Source: Pseudomonadales bacterium
GTDB lineage: Bacteria > Pseudomonadota > Gammaproteobacteria > Pseudomonadales > Pseudohongiellaceae
Direction of reading: 5' to 3'
DNA: 64,000 nucleotides
Assembly: GCA_023254735.1 (NCBI GenBank)
Contig: JALRKV010000023.1
Coordinates: forward strand, 438 to 64,437
This document shows, in pieces, positions 33,366-45,894 of the stretch. The position numbers were made by a program, and so were the translations under genes. How positions within the stretch are numbered: position 1 is the first letter of the stretch; the number at the start of each line of letters is the position of its first letter. The notes below the pieces were generated by a model. The model was not told where the DNA came from and did not search any database. It saw only the letters and a list, made by a program, of their open reading frames with translations.

Positions 33366-35621
33366 CTAGTATCTCGCGCTCAGATCCCCGTTACTCAGGT
33401 TGATAAAGTCTGCGAGAATCCGGCCGCTTTCGAGGAGAAGGGGGTCGGTTTCCTCTGGCTCCTCGGCTTCTTCATCGGCGTCAGCGTCTGGGGTAGGGCT
33501 TGTAGATGCGCTCGCCTCGGATTTTTCTGCCATTGCAATTTCGGGGTTATTTGCTGATTCTTCAGTGGTCGAAGCCTCTGAGTGCTCTGAATCGACTACG
33601 CTAGCTACCTCATCGCTATAGAGATCATCTTCCTCGACCCATTCTTTAAGCTCTAGGCCTTTCAATTTACGCCTGAGGTTTTCCGCATCAAACTCTATCC
33701 GACGGACTCGTTCGCGGTCGGCTTTGACGATTTCTTCGTTGAGCGGAAGCAATTCGCGTTCGCGCAGCTGTCTCGTCCTCTCGATCTGATCGATCATGTA
33801 TTGAAAGTCGGGAGATTCTGCAGCCCGCGCCTCGTGAAGCTCACGCAGTTTAGGCAAGAAGGCTTGAACCGGGTGGTAGGTTCTAAATTCTACGGGTCTA
33901 ACCGTGTCCCAAGGCAACGCCCCGTCCAGACTACTCTCACCGATGTCATCATAGGCATCATAAAAATCGGGGAAGGTGATGTCGGGAAGCACGCCGCGAT
34001 GCTGTGTGCTCTCGCCAGAGATACGATAAAACTTGGACCGGGTGAGTTTTACTTGGCCGAACGACATAGGGATTATTTCTTGCACTGTGCCTTTGCCAAA
34101 CGTCTGGCCGCCGAGCACTATTCCTCGTTGATAGTCTTGTATCGCGCCGGCGAAAATTTCTGACGCCGAGGCGCTCGTGCGATTAACGAGAACCGCGAGA
34201 GGGCCGTCGTAGACGACCTCCGGATCGCTATCGCCGAACGAGCGTGTAAAGCCATTGCGTAGTCCAGAATAGCGGATCTGCACGGTTGGCCCGGTTTCGA
34301 TGAAGAGGCCGACAAGCTGATTCGCTTCGCTTAAACTGCCGCCGCCATCATTGCGAAGATCGACGACCACGGCGTCGACTTCCTCTTCTTTCAATTCTTC
34401 GAGCAGTTTGCGAACGTCGCGGGTAGAGCTCTTAAAGTCTTCGTCGCCGCGCGCGGCAGCTTCAAAATCGAAATAGAAAGTAGGGAGGCTAATGACGCCA
34501 ATCTTGTAATCCTGATCGGCGTAACTGAGCTCTAACACCTCCTTTTTCGCTGACTGGTCCTCGAGTTTTACAGTATCTCGCGTGATGCTTATGGTCCTCG
34601 CGCTGCTCTCCGAGACTGCGTCGACAGGGATAACGCTCAAGCGCACTACGGTGTCCTTCTCTCCGCGAATTTGTGCGACAACGTCATCGAGACGCATGCC
34701 CACAACATCCTGAATTTCGCCGTCGACTCCCTGACCGATTCCTATGATTCTGTCGCCTTCCTGCAGTTCATTAGCACGCTCGGCGGGGCCTCCTTTAATC
34801 AGTTCCACGACCTTGGTGTATTCGTCTTCTGTAGTGAGCTGTGCACCGATGCCTTGCAGCGAGAGCGAAAGGCCCATGTTGAAGTTCTCAGAATCCCTCG
34901 GCGAGAAATAAGACGTGTGCGGATCTACCGTCGCGGCGACGTTTGAAAGGTAAGCTTGAAATACATCTTTGCCATTAGTTTTTAGCACCTGGCTGAGCTG
35001 GTTACGGTAGCGCTTGCTGAGCTTTTCGACTATTTCCTCTTCGTCATCGCCCGTGAGTCTGAGGCTTAGAACGCTGTTCTTGATTCGCTTGCGCCATACT
35101 TCATTGAGTTCTTCTAGGCTCGCGGCAAAAGGCTCGTCTTCTCTGTCGAGCAATAAATATTCGTCTACTGTGAAATCCATCTGCGGCACAGCGTTCTCGA
35201 TTCGATTGATCGCGTAAATCAGTCTCTCAATGACGCGTTTGTGATAGAGATTATAGATTTCGAAGCCGGGCTCTACGTTGCCGGCTGAGAGGCTGTTGTC
35301 CAGAGTGTAGCGATAGCGAGCGATTTTCTGCACGTCTTCGGCGAGAAAATAGAGCTTCGAACCATCGAGTGCATCCAGATACTTATCAAATAACAAGGAC
35401 GAAAAATTATCGTCGATTTCGATCGAGGCGTAGTGTTTGGTTTTGAGCTGATCGAGCAGTTCTATCGCAGTCTCGCCATATACTGGCTCACTGGCGAGTG
35501 CGCTAAAGAGCGACTCAGAATCGAGTGGTGAGTTAGGTTCTGTAACTTCGGAGGTCGCAGCGTGTGCGAACCCGAAGACGCCAAAACCGAGCGCTAAAAG
35601 TGTTCGTGAGAAATTAGTCAT
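33366..35621 (-). CDS. prc: carboxy-terminal processing (tail-specific) protease Prc, S41 family
   Basis: 751 aa with a signal peptide, a PDZ region, the S41 catalytic block (...NR.SASASEIFAGA.QDY.R..VLG..TFGKGTVQ) and an acidic C-terminal extension. Confidence 0.9.
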   Translation of the reverse strand: MTNFSRTLLALGFGVFGFAHAATSEVTEPNSPLDSESLFSALASEPVYGETAIELLDQLKTKHYASIEIDDNFSSLLFDKYLDALDGSKLYFLAEDVQKIARYRYTLDNSLSAGNVEPGFEIYNLYHKRVIERLIYAINRIENAVPQMDFTVDEYLLLDREDEPFAASLEELNEVWRKRIKNSVLSLRLTGDDEEEIVEKLSKRYRNQLSQVLKTNGKDVFQAYLSNVAATVDPHTSYFSPRDSENFNMGLSLSLQGIGAQLTTEDEYTKVVELIKGGPAERANELQEGDRIIGIGQGVDGEIQDVVGMRLDDVVAQIRGEKDTVVRLSVIPVDAVSESSARTISITRDTVKLEDQSAKKEVLELSYADQDYKIGVISLPTFYFDFEAAARGDEDFKSSTRDVRKLLEELKEEEVDAVVVDLRNDGGGSLSEANQLVGLFIETGPTVQIRYSGLRNGFTRSFGDSDPEVVYDGPLAVLVNRTSASASEIFAGAIQDYQRGIVLGGQTFGKGTVQEIIPMSFGQVKLTRSKFYRISGESTQHRGVLPDITFPDFYDAYDDIGESSLDGALPWDTVRPVEFRTYHPVQAFLPKLRELHEARAAESPDFQYMIDQIERTRQLRERELLPLNEEIVKADRERVRRIEFDAENLRRKLKGLELKEWVEEDDLYSDEVASVVDSEHSEASTTEESANNPEIAMAEKSEASASTSPTPDADADEEAEEPEETDPLLLESGRILADFINLSNGDLSARY

Positions 35622-35977
35622 GATTCTCCAATGCTTCTGAATATCTGTCGAGTTGCTATAAGCCGCACTGCTGCCCAGTTCAAGAAACTGCGCGCCTTTC
35701 GCGAGCCGGGCTTTTCTATCTTTCTGACTGTTCCCTGGGCTAACTAACTCCTTAAGCTAGCCTTATCCTTTTGGCTAATTATATCCCGAGGAGCCTTGCT
35801 AGGCGCTCATGGGTAGATACGCCCCAGAAAGGCCGGTGGCTCAATACTCGTAATATTGTTACCTAGCGGTGGATCTCAAGACTAGAGGAATTTCAGCGAA
35901 TTTAGAAGTGAGCAATGAGTGTTGCCTTTTTGTGGACAGAATTGGCATGGGAGAGCTTCCTCAGCCGGTGCTGCGTA

Positions 35978-37195
35978 CTACTTTATCGCTTTGGAGCGCG
36001 CAGACGCGTGCCTCTCTGCTCTCTCGACGTCAATGTATCGATCGGTAATCGCACTCGAACCATGCCCCGCATCGTCACGCACGTGCTCTCGGGGGCGGTG
36101 CTTTACATCTTCTGATATTCCCGTGTGCCGAAGCCAGTGAACTGTTGCGTCGGCAAGTCGCTCGGCATCGTCAACGAAGCCATCACGACGCATTGCTGCC
36201 GCCGCGCTATCGAAGCAGCGCTGTACGATTGCTCGAATCTGACGAGTGCTGCTAATTCCACCTTTGCCGCGGGTTTTGTGAATTAGGGGTGTTGATTCGC
36301 CCGTGGAGGGCAGCTGTGAGAGGCCGCGAGATAATCTGTAGCGCTTGAGTGCCTCGAGCATCGCATCGCTGACAGAGACCTCGCGCTCCTTATTGCCCTT
36401 GCCGACAGTCAAAAACCACCAGTTGCCGTCGGTATCGGGCTGGAAATGCCCCATCTGAGGTTCCCAGCGGGGAGTAACTACCAACTCGGAAATACGCAAA
36501 TACATGGCGAAGAGGGCCTGCATAATGAAGAGCGAGCGCTCGTGCACTAGCGGGTCTTCGGCAGCCATTTTCTCCGCGCAGGCAATTGTGTAGTCCCACT
36601 GCAATGGAGAGAGGCGCCTTATTTTGCTTGCGCCTTGGTGTTTCCGTATAAATTTGCTTTTTTGCCGCAGCTGCGCGATCGGGTTTGATTTTATATATTC
36701 CTCTTGAATCAGATAGTTAAAGAAACTACTTAAGACGCCAAGTAAGGATTGAAGCGAAGATTGGGAGAGGGCGTATTCGCCCCCATTGCTCGCTGTCGAG
36801 CTCGTATAGGGGCGCCACTCGGGATTTGCCTTGCGCTCGCCCGACTCTACGATAAAGCGTGCTTCGTTGCTCGCTGAGATCCATGTTTTGGGAGGAGAGC
36901 GGGAGAAATCGATAAATTCCTCAATGTGATTACGGTCGATGGAGGTTATCGACTGTCGTTTAACCACCCAGCACCAGTGGAGGAAGTGTTCAATCTCTCG
37001 TCTGTAGGTGTTGAATGTATCTGGGCTGCCTCGGTAGCTGTAAATGAATTCGCTCGCATACTGATAATCTTCTACAGCGTTTTCCGGAGATTCAGCGTAG
37101 AGATGACTCACAGAAGCGACTCTGTTCTTAAATGGGTTCTCCATTGCTTCGAGCGTATCGAAAAATGCAGGAGGGCATGGAGGCGTTTTTGCCAT
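35978..37195 (-). CDS. tyrosine-type site-specific recombinase/integrase (orphan)
   Basis: 405 aa with a SAM-like N-domain. The catalytic-domain residues are consistent with R...HxxR...Y (MYLRISEL, VHWLRHTG, ITDRYIDV). Confidence 0.8.
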   Translation of the reverse strand: MAKTPPCPPAFFDTLEAMENPFKNRVASVSHLYAESPENAVEDYQYASEFIYSYRGSPDTFNTYRREIEHFLHWCWVVKRQSITSIDRNHIEEFIDFSRSPPKTWISASNEARFIVESGERKANPEWRPYTSSTASNGGEYALSQSSLQSLLGVLSSFFNYLIQEEYIKSNPIAQLRQKSKFIRKHQGASKIRRLSPLQWDYTIACAEKMAAEDPLVHERSLFIMQALFAMYLRISELVVTPRWEPQMGHFQPDTDGNWWFLTVGKGNKEREVSVSDAMLEALKRYRLSRGLSQLPSTGESTPLIHKTRGKGGISSTRQIRAIVQRCFDSAAAAMRRDGFVDDAERLADATVHWLRHTGISEDVKHRPREHVRDDAGHGSSAITDRYIDVERAERHASARSKAIK

Positions 37196-37337
37196 AGTCT
37201 GTGGCTCAATCGTGAATAGAGGCTTAGCTAATTGCGTAGGCAGCCTTATATCTATCGGATTCTGGGAAGCTTTCTGAAGGAGGTGTCCGAAAGCGCTGGA
37301 GCTTCATAGATAGGCAGGGTGCGTAACTCTGTATACT

Positions 37338-37381
37338 ATTACACTAATTCCGGTAATCTTTATTACCGGAATTAGTGTAAT
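37338..37381. repeat. perfect palindrome: 20-bp arms, 4-nt spacer
   Basis: ATTACACTAATTCCGGTAAT-cttt-ATTACCGGAATTAGTGTAAT, verified base by base. It lies in the divergent integrase/alkB intergenic region. Confidence 0.95.
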
Positions 37382-37531
37382 GAGAGCTTTCGACGCCGTC
37401 CATAGGCAACTTAAGATAAACGCGAACCTTCACACTCGATTCCCCGTAATATAGATACCCGCTAATTGCTAACTTTGTCGGGACGACTCTTTTATTCGCG
37501 CCATAAATTAGATTACGGATACAATCGCCTG

Positions 37532-38245
37532 ATGCAAAACGACCTATTTAACGACGCTCGAGACTCTAAACGCACTGACGCATTATTGTCGGACTTGTTA
37601 AAAGAGTTGCCAACCACACCCGCAAGCATAAACCGCACTGTGGGCAACAACCTCATAGTCGAATACCCGCTAGTGTTCGACCCATCGTTATCCTTGAGCG
37701 TTTTCGACGCGATCGACAAAACGACGCCATGGCGACAGGACCAAATCCGCATCGCGGGCCGAACAATTCCTGTGCCTCGTCTACAGTGCTGGATGGGCGA
37801 CCAACACTGCCGTTATGCCTATTCGAATATTAGTCTCGACCCGGTGCCTTGGACGCCGGAGATGGCCAGCATCCGCGATTTTGTTAACAAGGTCGCCGAT
37901 GCTCGGTTTAACTGCGTGCTAATCAATAAATACCGATCCGGCGAGGACAGTGTATCTTGGCACGCTGATGACGAGCCGGAGCTAGGCCCCTCACCGCAAA
38001 TTGCGTCATTGAGTTTAGGTGCTACGCGTCGATTTCAGTTAAAGCGAAAGCCATTGCTGGGGTTATCGAAATCCGAGCTAAGCGAAAGAGTTGTGATGAA
38101 TTTAACCAGCGGCAGTTTACTTATTATGCAACCAGGCGTTCAAGAAAATTGGCTGCATCAGATCGCCAAGACTAAGGTTCCGGTTGGACCACGCATAAAC
38201 CTTACCTTTAGGGCGATAGAAGGCGCTGGCAATGGCACGGACTAA
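37532..38245 (+). CDS. alkB: Fe(II)/2-oxoglutarate-dependent DNA/RNA dealkylating dioxygenase AlkB (ALKBH2/3-like)
   Basis: From the ATG at 37532, MQNDLF... with the HxD in SWHADDE, a second His in NWLHQI and RINLTFR. The track ORF begins at an upstream TTG (37466). Confidence 0.8.
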   Translation: MQNDLFNDARDSKRTDALLSDLLKELPTTPASINRTVGNNLIVEYPLVFDPSLSLSVFDAIDKTTPWRQDQIRIAGRTIPVPRLQCWMGDQHCRYAYSNISLDPVPWTPEMASIRDFVNKVADARFNCVLINKYRSGEDSVSWHADDEPELGPSPQIASLSLGATRRFQLKRKPLLGLSKSELSERVVMNLTSGSLLIMQPGVQENWLHQIAKTKVPVGPRINLTFRAIEGAGNGTD

Positions 38246-39408
38246 GATTGATAAGTTTGACATTGTTATTGTTGGTGGCGGTGTCGTGGGGCTAGCGGTA
38301 GCCTATCAGCTGTCTAAAAACCCTGCGTATGCGGGTAGAAATGTCGTCATTCTTGAGCGTGAGAAGGGCTTCGGGATGCAGACGAGCAGTCGAAATAGCG
38401 AAGTTATTCACGCGGGTATTTATTACGCTACCGAGAGTTTAAAAGCGACGCTTTGCTTGAAGGGACGGGAGTTGCTCTACGACTATTGCCGACGCTTTGA
38501 GATCCCTCACGCACGGATAGGTAAACTTATCGTTGCCCAATCTGGCCAAGAGTCAGAACTCGAGGCACTGGAGAGTAAAGCAATAGCGAACGGCGTGAAC
38601 GATCTCAGGTCGATTGATCGTGCACTCCTTACACGCATAGAACCTGCCTTAGAGGCGAGTTCTGCCCTCTTCTCCCCGTCGACGGGAATTGTGGACAGCC
38701 ATTCGTTTATGCAGAGCCTGCTTGCCAATGCTGAACGACGTGGCGTGATCTTTTCTCATTCCACCTGTGTTGAATCGATCATGCCTGAGGATCAGGGCTT
38801 CCTCTTGTCTACCCTCATCGATGACGGTCGCTCGAGACAGCCCTACGCGCTGAGAACTAAGATTCTAATAAACTGCGCGGGCCTAGGGGCGCTGCAGCTA
38901 GCAGCGATGGCTTTTGGCGAAAGCGAGCTTGCCGTTTGTGACTCGAGCCCCCAACAGCGCTCAGCGCTCCCCGAACAGCTTTTGAGCAAAGGCAGTTATT
39001 TCGACTACACGGGCAGCAATCCATTCACGCACCTGATTTATCCTTTACCAGACAGAGAAAACGATGCGCTAGGTATTCATGCAACGATTGATCTGAGTGG
39101 CGCGCTGAGATTTGGACCTGATGCTGAGTGGTGTGACCACATTGACTATTCCGTAGACCCAGCTAAAGCGGTGTTTTTCGCCCGCTCTGTGCAGCAGTAT
39201 TTCCCTACCCTCGATCCAACTAAGTTAAAGCCTAGCTATGCGGGTATACGAACGAAGTTAAGGGTTGAAGGCGCGACTTCCGATTTTGTTATTCGTAACG
39301 AGGAAGCTGCAGGTTTGCCCTGCTTTATCAATTTGCTTGGCATCGATTCGCCCGGGCTCACTTCGAGCCTAGCCATCGCTGAGCGAGTAGAAGCCTTGCT
39401 AGCCGGAG

Positions 39409-39416
<8 letters not shown>
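38232..39416 (+). CDS. FAD-dependent oxidoreductase, L-2-hydroxyglutarate oxidase/dehydrogenase-like
   Basis: 394 aa with the N-terminal FDIVIVGGGVVG dinucleotide fold. The blocks RNSEVIHAGIYY..SLKA..C, GK.IVA, SP.TGIVDS, HLIYPLPD, GIH.T.D..G...FGPDA, AGIR and GIDSPGLTSS are collinear with E. coli LhgO as recalled. The start lies 14 nt inside the alkB 3' end. Confidence 0.65.
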
Positions 39417-42224
<2,808 letters not shown>

Positions 42225-42235
42225 TTAGTTAGGCC

Positions 42236-43477
42236 TCACGTGTACTGGGCAAAGATTAGGCTGCCGTTTGTGCCACCGAAGCCAAAAGAGTTACTCAGCG
42301 CATATTTGAGCGACGCATCGCGGGCGGTGTGTGGCACATAGTCTAGGTCGCAGCCCTCATCCGGCGTCTCTAAATTAATTGTTGGAGTGAGTATCTGGTG
42401 CTTTAGGGAGAGTATCGTAACGATAGCCTCTGCCGCGCCCGAGGCGCCAAGCAGGTGGCCAATCATCGATTTGGTCGAGCTCACCGCGAGAGACGCTGCG
42501 TGAGCGCCGAAGACGCTTTTTATTGCCTGTGTCTCGGCGATGTCACCGGCGAGCGTCGAAGTCCCGTGTGCGTTGACATAATCAATCTGACTCGCGTCGA
42601 GTTCTGCGCTTAGCAATGCATTGCGCATACACAATGCAGCGCCTCGGCCGCCCTCAGGCGGTGATGTCATGTGGAATGCGTCGCCGCTCATTCCAAAACC
42701 GACCAGTTCGGCGTAAATCGTCGCCCCTCGCGCTTTCGCATGCTCGAGTTCTTCCAGCATGATAGCCCCAGCACCGTCACTGAGCACGAAGCCGTCGCGG
42801 TCTTTGTCCCAAGGTCTGCTCGCCCGGGTGGGTTCGTCATTGCGTGTGGAGAGCGCGCGAGCTGCACAGAATCCAGCGAGCCCCGTGGGAGATGTGGCCA
42901 TCTCGGAGCCACCTGCAAGCATAATGTCGGCCTGATTATTCTGTATCATGTTGGCCGCCAGACCAATGTTATGCGTCCCCGTTGTACATGCTGTAGTGAC
43001 TGCTATATTGGGGCCTTGCAGGTTAAAGCGTATCGAAAGGTTTCCTGAAATCATGTTGGCAATCGAGCCAGGCACAAAAAATGGCGAGACTTTGCGCGGG
43101 CCAGACGAATCGATTAACAAGGCAGTCGCCTCGATCATATTAATGCCGCCGATTCCAGACCCGACCGCAACGCCAAAACGCTCGGGGTTAAAATCAGCCT
43201 CGCCCAAGCCTGAATCATCAAAAGCCTGCACCCCCGCAGCAATGCCGTAGTGCATAAAAACATCCATGCGCCGAGCATCTTTAGTTGGGATATAACGTTC
43301 GCAGTCGAAGTCTTTTATCGAACCGCCAAAATGGGTAGTAAAGTCGCTCGTGTCTATTTGCGTCAGAGTTGAAATCCCACTTTTGCCAGATTTCATTGCC
43401 TCCCACGAGGATTCCACATCGTTTCCGACTGGGCTCACGAGCCCAAGCCCTGTAACCACAACGCGTCTTTTACTCAT
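42236..43477 (-). CDS. fabF: 3-oxoacyl-ACP synthase II
   Basis: 413 aa with the active-site Cys in ...TTACTTGTH... and the His-His motifs ([15 protein letters not shown]). Confidence 0.95.
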   Translation of the reverse strand: MSKRRVVVTGLGLVSPVGNDVESSWEAMKSGKSGISTLTQIDTSDFTTHFGGSIKDFDCERYIPTKDARRMDVFMHYGIAAGVQAFDDSGLGEADFNPERFGVAVGSGIGGINMIEATALLIDSSGPRKVSPFFVPGSIANMISGNLSIRFNLQGPNIAVTTACTTGTHNIGLAANMIQNNQADIMLAGGSEMATSPTGLAGFCAARALSTRNDEPTRASRPWDKDRDGFVLSDGAGAIMLEELEHAKARGATIYAELVGFGMSGDAFHMTSPPEGGRGAALCMRNALLSAELDASQIDYVNAHGTSTLAGDIAETQAIKSVFGAHAASLAVSSTKSMIGHLLGASGAAEAIVTILSLKHQILTPTINLETPDEGCDLDYVPHTARDASLKYALSNSFGFGGTNGSLIFAQYT

Positions 43478-43504
43478 TGATTGGCTCCCAAAGTTGTCCC
43501 ATCA

Positions 43505-43543
43505 GAAACACAAAAGCTACTCAAGATTTCTCCGGAGTAGCTT
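43505..43543 (-). terminator. hairpin plus U-rich tract after acpP (attenuator/terminator before fabF)
   Basis: On the minus strand: AAGCTACTC-cggagaaatctt-GAGTAGCTT followed by TTGTGTTTCT. Confidence 0.55.
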
Positions 43544-43571
43544 CGTGGATACTAAGTCGCTTGCGCGGAAC

Positions 43572-43805
43572 TTAGAGGTTGGCGTTGATGTAATCGACGG
43601 CCAATTGAACAGTAGTAATTTTCTCAGCTTCCTCGTCCGGAATTTCAGTCTCGAATTCTTCTTCAAGAGCCATAACCAGTTCGACAGTGTCCAGAGAATC
43701 TGCGCCTAGATCATCAACGAAAGATGCCGTTGCTTTAACTTCGTCTTCTTTAACGCCTAGCTGTTCGCAGACGATCTTTTTTACACGCTCTTCGATGCTA
43801 CTCAT
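43572..43805 (-). CDS. acpP: acyl carrier protein
   Basis: 77 aa with the [19 protein letters not shown] phosphopantetheine site. Confidence 0.95.
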   Translation of the reverse strand: MSSIEERVKKIVCEQLGVKEDEVKATASFVDDLGADSLDTVELVMALEEEFETEIPDEEAEKITTVQLAVDYINANL

Positions 43806-44132
43806 ATTATATATTAGCTCCTAAAACTGTCTCTTGTACGGTTTTTGATTGCCTTGACGGGGTTATCCCATGCAATTTCTTAGTGGCGATTACGGTGAAG
43901 CGTGCTTCGGGAACTATCCGGTAAGTTATACCTAGACAGAGCCTCCGAACCTCGCCTTTTTTAGGGTTGCTCCGCTAAGCATTGAGCTAACCATCTAAAT
44001 TGGAGTGCAAGTTTACCCCTATTTTGAGTCGATGTAATGCCTAAATTTAATTTTACGCGCCGCTAAAAAATGTCCTAATAAACTCATGAAGTTAGCGAGA
44101 GCTTCGATGCACAGAATTGCATGTCAAGCGGT

Positions 44133-44876
44133 CTAATTCATGTACATTCCGCCGTTAACTTGCAGCGTTTCTCCAGTGATGTAAGCGCCTTTTTCTGATG
44201 CGAGAAAGCCGACTACACTGGCGATCTCTTCGGGCTGGCCAAGTCTCGCGAGTGGAATCTGCGAGATCAACGCTGCCGCCTGAGCTTCCGGCAAGGCATT
44301 GGTCATATCTGTTTCAATAAAGCCGGGTGCTACTGCATTAACGGTTATTCCACGAGAGCCAACTTCTTTTGCGAGTGCGCGCGTGAAACCCTCGACGCCA
44401 GCTTTCGATGCCGCATAGTTTGTTTGCCCCGGATTGCCGCTTGCCCCAACCACTGAGCTGATATTGATGATTCTACCCCAGCGAGCCTTAGTCATTGCTT
44501 TGACGCCGATTTTACAAACCCTGAACATTGAACCAAGATTAGTATCGATCACGGAGGCCCATTCATCTCCTTTCATCCGCATTAGAAGGTTGTCAGCAGT
44601 AATCCCTGCATTGTTCACGATAACAGAAGGGGCATCATGATCTGTAAGAATCGCCGCGAAGAGTGCAGCTACTGAGTCGTCGCTTGATACGTCGGCCGCA
44701 AACCCCTTGCCTTTTAAGCCTTCGGCAGCCAAATATTCTGAAATTGCAGCGGCGCCAGCATCGGTGGTGGCGGTTCCTATAACGCAGAAACCCGCTTGCG
44801 CGAGTTCCAATGCGATCGCCTTGCCGATACCGCGGCTCGCGCCCGTTACTAGTGCTGTTTTTGTAGTATCTGTCAT
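44133..44876 (-). CDS. fabG: 3-oxoacyl-ACP reductase
   Basis: 247 aa SDR with TGASRGIGKAIA, NNAGI and YAASKAG. Confidence 0.95.
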   Translation of the reverse strand: MTDTTKTALVTGASRGIGKAIALELAQAGFCVIGTATTDAGAAAISEYLAAEGLKGKGFAADVSSDDSVAALFAAILTDHDAPSVIVNNAGITADNLLMRMKGDEWASVIDTNLGSMFRVCKIGVKAMTKARWGRIINISSVVGASGNPGQTNYAASKAGVEGFTRALAKEVGSRGITVNAVAPGFIETDMTNALPEAQAAALISQIPLARLGQPEEIASVVGFLASEKGAYITGETLQVNGGMYMN

Positions 44877-44924
44877 GTGAAGTCCTTAAAGTACGCGCAG
44901 TAGGTCGCTGATTTTCTGATCCGT

Positions 44925-45863
44925 TTATCGCGGAAATTGAGTGAGCGCCGTGTCAAAATCAAGAGGGTCTTCTGTACCCATGCAGATCAGCTCGCTATCG
45001 ATACGCTTAATCAGGCCGCAAAGCACCTTGCCCGGCCCACATTCGACTACCTTCTGTAAACCAAAGTCAGCCATTACACGGACCGAATCGACCCATTGCA
45101 CCGGCAAATAGAGCTGACTAATTAAATTCGCTTTGATCTGCTGTGGGTCCGAAACAATTTCTGCGGTTGAGTTTTGCACAACGGCGATTTTAGGTGCCGA
45201 AAAAGTGATCGATTCAAGATCTAATGTAAGCTCCTCTGCCGCGGGTCTCATTAACTCGCAATGAGAGGGAACGCTAACATTCAAAGGCAGCGCCCTCTTA
45301 GCTCCAGCCGCCTTACAGGCCGCCATGGCGCGCTCGACGGCATCCGCGTGTCCAGCGATGACTGTCTGCCCTTTTGAGTTAAAATTAGCGGGTGAGACTA
45401 TCTCACCCTGCGCAGCTTCATTGCAGGCGATGAAGATAGCCTCATCATCCAACCCGACGATTGCCGCCATCTTGCCGGTGCCTGGCGGCACTGCGTTTTG
45501 CATATAAAGTCCGCGTCTATTGACCAATCTGAGCGCGTCTTTAAGCGTTAGGGCCTCTGCGCACACCAAAGCCGAATATTCCCCTAGGCTATGGCCTGCG
45601 AGAATCGATGGTGTCTCTCCCCCTGCCTCTTGCCAGGCTCGCCAAATAGCAACCGACGCTGCAAGTAACAGTGGCTGGGTAATATCCGTACGATCAAGTA
45701 GATTTTCAGAGTCAATTTGCGCTATTTCCCAAGCGTCCCGCTGAAGCACTTCGGAGGCTACGTCGAACGTCGCTTTTATGCTGGGGTGTTTCTCGGCTAG
45801 CTCGCTGAGCATGCCGAGTTTTTGTGATCCTTGTCCGGGGAAAACGAAGCCAAATGTACTCAT
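44925..45863 (-). CDS. fabD: malonyl-CoA--ACP transacylase
   Basis: From the ATG at 45863, MSTFGFVFPGQGSQKLGML... with the GHSLGEYSAL active site. The longer track ORF (to 46004) overlaps plsX and lacks homology. Confidence 0.9.
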   Translation of the reverse strand: MSTFGFVFPGQGSQKLGMLSELAEKHPSIKATFDVASEVLQRDAWEIAQIDSENLLDRTDITQPLLLAASVAIWRAWQEAGGETPSILAGHSLGEYSALVCAEALTLKDALRLVNRRGLYMQNAVPPGTGKMAAIVGLDDEAIFIACNEAAQGEIVSPANFNSKGQTVIAGHADAVERAMAACKAAGAKRALPLNVSVPSHCELMRPAAEELTLDLESITFSAPKIAVVQNSTAEIVSDPQQIKANLISQLYLPVQWVDSVRVMADFGLQKVVECGPGKVLCGLIKRIDSELICMGTEDPLDFDTALTQFPR

Positions 45864-45894
45864 CACAAAATTCTCCTTTTTAATTGTCAGCTTT

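Noticed and set aside
33011-37195. tRNA-Ser as the attachment site of an island carrying the integrase
   Set aside because: The housekeeping prc gene lies between the tRNA and the integrase. I found no repeat of the tRNA 3' end (GAGAGTTCGAATCTCTCCTCCTCCGCCA) in 33101-33365, 35622-35977 or 37196-37531 by eye. The shared 9-mer AATTTGTAG on both sides of the tRNA is too short to mean anything.
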